Below are positions 59,455 to 64,000 of a stretch of 64,000 bases of DNA, one piece after another. The stretch's first letter is position 1, and each line of letters starts with the position of its first letter. Source of the stretch: Squalus acanthias (Eukaryota); the NCBI GenBank assembly GCA_030390025.1, contig CM059431.1, forward strand, positions 100,566,001-100,630,000. Reading direction: 5' to 3'. A model generated the notes under the pieces. It made no database searches and had not been told where the DNA came from. It saw only the letters and a program-made list of their open reading frames with translations. Both the position numbers and the translations under genes were made by a program.

Positions 59455-60020
59455 TTGCATAGTACTTACAGCACCGAAACAGGCCATTCGGCCCAACTGG
59501 TCCGTGCCGGTGTTTCTGCTCCACACCAGCCTCCTCCCACCCCTCTTCATCTCACCCTCTCAGCGTATCCTTCTCTTCCTTTCTCCCTCGTGTGTTTATC
59601 TAGCTTCCCCTTAAATGCATCTATGCTATTCACCTCAACCACTCCCTGTGGTAGCGAGTTCCGCATTCTCACCACACTTTGGGTAAAGAAGTCTCTCCTG
59701 AATTCCCTATTGGATTTATTAGTGACTATCTTATATTTGTGGTCCCTAGTTGTGGTCTCCCCTGCAAGTGGAAACATCTTTTCTACATCTACCCTATCAA
59801 AACCTTCCAGAATCTTAAAGACCTCTATTAGATCACCCCTTAGTCTTCTCTTTTCTAGAGAAAAGAGACCCAGCCTGTTCAATTTCTCCTGATGGGTGTA
59901 ACCTCTCAGTTCTGGTATCATTCTCGTAAATCTTTTTTGCACCCTCTCCAGTGCCTCTATATCCTTTTTATAATATGGAGACCAGAACTTTTCACAGTAT
60001 TCCAAGTGTGGTCTAACCAA
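59455..60020 (-). mobile_element. CR1 subfamily C 3' end
   Basis: ORF 59547..60020 (VRPHLEYC...RLRGDLIEVFK...FFTQ). Confidence 0.88.
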
Positions 60021-60719
60021 TGGTTGCCACTGACTTCTCTTTCGCTTCCTCCTGCTCCAATTTTCATCTCTCCTCCTGAAGGCACCGACTTTGTACTAAG
60101 ATACTGGCCTCTCTGACGCCTCACCCAAGTGGCCATTCTTCATTCATGTGCTCAGATAGCAATGTAAGCAGGCTACTGATCCATGGGAGGCATCACAGAT
60201 AAACCTGATTCTGTCCTCATCCAACAGACTACTAAATAGGGGAGGGACAAAACATTCATTAAAACTGAGATAAACATTACTTACAATACATAATATTTCC
60301 TTCTCCAGCCATGCCCACCTCAAAAACAGATTAAATGGCGATTCATCTCATTGGCTGTTTTGTGGGATCTTGCTCTTTGGAAATTATTTGTCTACATAAC
60401 TGATTACACTTGAAGGAGCTATGAAAATGCAAATTCTTTCTTTTTCCAAATTTCTCATGATGAAAAATTTCAAAGTTCCTGATGCAACACTTTGCAGTGC
60501 TATCAGCAGAAGAAAGTTGCTGGAGGATCCCACTCCAGCAGAGGGATCCCACCCTTCCAAACTTCCTTTTCTTGTCTCCTAAAGACGCTGACTTTTGCTG
60601 GCTGTACAGTCCGCAGTCACCAACAACCCTCCATACCTTGCCCAAGCTGCAGAGTACGACTCTCGACGGGCTATTCCACTGTCGATAGTCACGCCAATCC
60701 TGTCCTCACGTACATTTCT

Positions 60720-61402
60720 CAACAACAACAACTTGTATTCAACGTAGTAAAACGTCCCAAGGCACTTCACAGGAGTATTATAAGACAAAAAATTTGACGC
60801 CGAGCCACATAAGGAAAAATTAGGGCAGGTGACCAAAAGCTTGGTCAAAGAGGTAGCTTTTAAGGAGCGTTTTAAAGGAGGAGAGAGAGGTAGCGAGGCA
60901 GAGAGGTTTAGGGAGGGAATTCCAGAGCTTAGGGCCCAGACAACAGAAGGCACGGCCACCAATGGTTGAGCGATTATAATCAGTGATGCTCAAGAGGGCA
61001 GAATTACAGGAGCGCAGGTATCTCGGGGGGTTGTGGGGCTGAAGGAGATTGCAGAGATAGGGAGGGGCGAGGCCAAAGAGGGATTTGAAAACAAGGATGA
61101 GAATTTTGAAATCGAGGCGTTGCTTAACCGGGAGCCAACGAAGGTCAGCGAGCACAGGGGTGATGGGTGAACGGGACTTGGTGCGAGTTGGGACACGGGC
61201 AACCGAGTTTTGGATCACCTCAAGTTTACGTAGGGTAGAATGTGGGAGGCCAGCCAGGAGTGCGTTGGAATAGTCAAGTCTAGAGATAACAAAGGCGTGG
61301 ATAATGGTTTCAGCAGCAGATGAGCTGAGGCAAGGGCGAAGATGGGCGATGTTATGGAGGTGGAAATAGGCGGTCTTAGTTACGCTGCGGATATGTGGTC
61401 GG
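60720..61402 (-). mobile_element. L2 3' fragment
   Basis: ORF 60820..61425 (HAFVISRLDYSNALLAG...GGRAF...WNSLP) and (TTG)n tail. Confidence 0.88.
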
Positions 61403-61695
61403 AAGCAGGAGTCACTGAATAGCAATCAGGAGAGGGGAGTCAGCAAAATAAAAAACACTTTTGGACAAACAGAAAGAATTGGGCATCTCTGTTTTGATAG
61501 ACCTACCCATATTATGTTAATCTTGCCACCTGTGAATGTTTAATGGATACAAGTCATAAATTGTCAACCAAAATTAATCTTACGAACAGTGCGCAAAGCA
61601 AACAGAAACAATACATTACAGACACAACCAATGGCACAGACTCTATTATTCCAAGAAACAACTGTCTTAGGTTTATCAAGTCCACAGATACTAAC

Positions 61696-61806
61696 CTTTG
61701 AAGCCATCTGGATAGACCTCTGGAAGGAAATTAGTGGTGATGTCTCCCTTCACAAAGCGTGGGTGGATGATAACTTCCCGAAGCAGTGAAATGTTGTGAG
61801 TCACTC
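61696..61806 (-). CDS. PCCA: PCCA internal coding exon (equivalent to human exon 17), end of biotin carboxylase domain
   Basis: Minus strand reads ttccag|GA GTG ACT CAC AAC...GGC TTC AAA G|gttagt, 111 nt, phase 1-1. It encodes (G)[36 protein letters not shown](G), matching recalled human [38 protein letters not shown]. Exon numbering is from memory of the human gene. Confidence 0.96.
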
Positions 61807-62089
61807 CTGGAAATTGGAATGCAGCATGTTAAAAAGGATGATGGCACAATTGGGTATTACCTGGAATAATCATACTGTTTCTTGCAGTAAAAGTATTTAT
61901 CCAATGCATAGACCACCAGCAGCACGTGTCCCTTTGACATACAAGACTAAAATTATTAACTGGAAAAAGTCTGACAACATTTTCGAAAATCTTGCTGCTG
62001 AAATATTTCTCATGCTGGCATTAATTTTCTTAAAATAAAATTCACAGAACAGAAAGAAACACTAATTAATCCTAAAAAGTAGTCCCATT

Positions 62090-62502
62090 TCGAATGAGAT
62101 GTTAAACAGAGACATCGTCTGCCCTCTCAGGTGGATGTAAAAGATCCCACAGCATTATTTCGAAGAAGAGCAGGGGAGTTCTCCCCGGTGACCTGGGGCC
62201 AATATTTATCCCTCAACCAACATCACTAAAACAGATGATCTGGTCATTATCACATTGCTGTTTGTCGGAGCTTGCTGTGCGAAAATTGTCTGCCGTGTTT
62301 CCTACATTACAACAGTGACTACACTTCAAAAAAGTACTTTGCATTGGCTGTAAAGCGCTTTGGGACATAAGAACATAAGAAATAGGAGCAGGAGTCGGCC
62401 ACACGGCTCCTCGAGCCTGCTCCGCCATTCAATAAGATCATGGTTGATCTTCTACCTCAACTCCACCTTCCCGCACTATCTCCATATCCCTTGATTTCCT
62501 TA
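62090..62502. mobile_element. Plus-strand DeuSINE (62090-62365) cut by a minus-strand CR1-A tail (62365-62502)
   Basis: The Deu core stops at GCGCTTTGGGAC and is followed by ATAAGAACATAAGAAATAGGAGCAGG (reverse complement of the CR1 tail). Confidence 0.83.
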
Positions 62503-62628
62503 GGGCTGGATTTTGCCATTGTTGTCGGGTTGGGAGCGGGTCAGGTGGTCGGCGGGTCCCGCTCCCGCCTCCGATGTCAGGTGAGATAATTTAGCTATTT
62601 TGATTCCCAGCATGTGTGCACCCCTGGC

Positions 62629-62690
62629 CCAATGAGTCTTTGGGCCTGAAACTCACCTCTGATGACGTCATTTATGCAGCTGCATTTAAG
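62629..62690 (+). promoter_or_regulatory. Putative promoter of the Harbinger Myb-like gene
   Basis: CCAAT at 62629-62633, a perfect CRE palindrome TGACGTCA at 62663-62670 and TATA-like TTTAA at 62685-62689 lie in canonical order about 80 nt upstream of the ATG at 62768. Motif evidence only. Confidence 0.4.
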
Positions 62691-62767
62691 GGCTCCAAGC
62701 AGCCTTGGTTCATTTTCTGCCTCAAAACTTTTATTTGCTACTCTTCTAACTGTTTGGTCCTCCTGAA

Positions 62768-64000
62768 ATGTCTAGTTCAAGGGCCAAGGCCTCATCCCGG
62801 TTTGATGAGGACTCCCTCCATGCTCTGGTGGAGGGAGCCAGAGCTCAGAAGGAGGTGCTGTCTTCTTCCTCTGGGAGGAAAAACCTCCCCAGCAGACGAA
62901 AGCTGCGTGGCTGCAACTGGCACAGGAGGTCAGTTCGAGATCAATGTGCAGCAGAACCTGGCTGCAGTGCAGAAAGAGGTTTAATGATGTTGTCCGCACA
63001 GGAAAAGTGAGTAGACCATCACCATTACCCTCAATCTGCTCCCCATCTCCTCTCATCACCAGCACTCTGCATTGTCAACCTACTCCTCCACATCCCACTT
63101 TACCCTTACATCCCTTGCACCCTTAACCATCCCTCTCTCTCTATGTACACAATCACTTAACTATTCGACTATGCTGGCCTCGCACTCCCTATCACTGTTA
63201 TGCTATGACAACAACTAACAACACACAGGGAGGGCCCTTGATCTTGGGACCTCACTCCATCTTTGTGTCCTTCTAAGCATCTATGCTATGGATTCTCTAC
63301 ACTCACTCCATCATTCTCACTCAAACTCCACTTGTGTCCCTCATTGCAGGAAAAGAGAGCCCACAATAAGAGGGAAAGGGCGAAGACAGGAGGAGGGCCA
63401 CCCTCAATAGCCCAGCTCACCAGCGCTGAGGAGGCGGCCCTAGAGACCGTGGGAGCCGAGGAGGATGTGGAAGTAGGGGACGGACAGACGGGCGCATCAG
63501 AGCAAGCTGGTGACAGAATAGTTTTGCATCTCTCTCATTTACATTGCATGAGTGACTGATATGGCTTCTGATGCTCAAACAGATTGACTTATGATCATCT
63601 GCACAAATCCATGTGCATGCTACGTTTATATCACATGTCTAACTCATTCCTTTACTCCCTCACAGGACCATCGACAGCCCCCCTCCCCACTGTCCAGGAG
63701 GAAGAGCCTGAGCCGGAAGACTCCTCAGAGGAAGCTGCAACCTCTGAGGGCGCAGCGTCAGCAGAATTAAGCGCACCCAGCACCAGCGTAGATACACACA
63801 CCTCGGTGGGACTTTCGGGAGATAGAGTAGTGTTGTCACCTGGTGTATCACAGCTCATAAGTGAGCATCAGCAGATAGTGGAGACAGGGACAGCAGTGGC
63901 GAGTCCTCGTCGGAGGCCGCAGGGCGCTCCCAGCTCGGCTCAGCTGCATGTCGACCCTGTGCCTCTGGGTCCATCCAGAAGGAGAACGGTGATTGAACTC
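62768..64000 (+). pseudogene. Spliced Myb/SANT-like (Myb_DNA-bind_5/NAIF1-like) DNA-binding gene of the Harbinger element, one frameshift
   Basis: Exon 1 is 62768-63006 (ATG...GGA AAA|gtgagt). Exon 2 is 63350-63509 (ttgcag|EKRAHNKRERAKTGGGPP...QA G|gtgaca). Exon 3 is 63666->64000 (cacag|GA CCA..., open to the end). Adding one A to the A5 run at 62879-62883 gives RF...LV...K AAW...EV...RTWLQCRKRFND, followed by the TGGG motif typical of this family. Confidence 0.75.

Larger units (their letters stand above)
62503..64000 (+). mobile_element. PIF/Harbinger-type DNA transposon, left end (runs off the window)
   Basis: Starts GGGCTGGATTTT right after TTA (62500-62502), interrupting a CR1 3' fragment. 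The terminus resembles the TIRs of the Harbinger-type MITEs in this window. It carries a Myb/SANT-like gene. The transposase and right TIR are not visible. Confidence 0.75.

Noticed and set aside
1..64000. CRISPR arrays, rRNA, operons or endogenous viral genes
   Set aside because: No regularly spaced repeat-spacer array, rRNA-like sequence or viral-like ORF was seen.

Overview
Vertebrate nuclear DNA, almost certainly from a cartilaginous fish (shark-type CR1 LINEs, Deu-domain SINEs and Penelope tails). It is not prokaryotic. The window lies inside the PCCA gene (propionyl-CoA carboxylase alpha) on the minus strand. Four coding exons (61696-61806, 55929-56034, 15721-15823, 3124-3222) splice in frame through canonical GT-AG sites. 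Three of them are absent from the ORF track. The introns (5.7, 40.1 and 12.5 kb) are by eye more than half transposon-derived: several CR1 subfamilies (one nearly full length, with an SGNH-esterase ORF1 end, APE and RT), L2, RTE, Neptune-like Penelope elements, DeuSINEs, another tRNA-SINE, and hAT- and PIF/Harbinger-type MITEs, often nested with visible target-site duplications. The most interesting signals are four. (1) A young Harbinger element at the right edge has a spliced Myb/SANT-like gene broken only by a 1-nt homopolymer frameshift. (2) A T-TTA-AAC-TAA slippery site at the CR1 ORF1/ORF2 junction suggests -1 ribosomal frameshifting. (3) Two families of minimal hammerhead-ribozyme motifs occur in short TSD-flanked Penelope-derived insertions. 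(4) Unique intronic islands with enhancer-like motif clusters may belong to the ZIC2/ZIC5 regulatory block. None of these is shown to be a new system. Almost all other ORF-track entries are retroelement fragments or their antisense shadows. Repeat boundaries without a stated TSD are approximate (about +/-20 bp), and subfamily letters A-E are my own labels.
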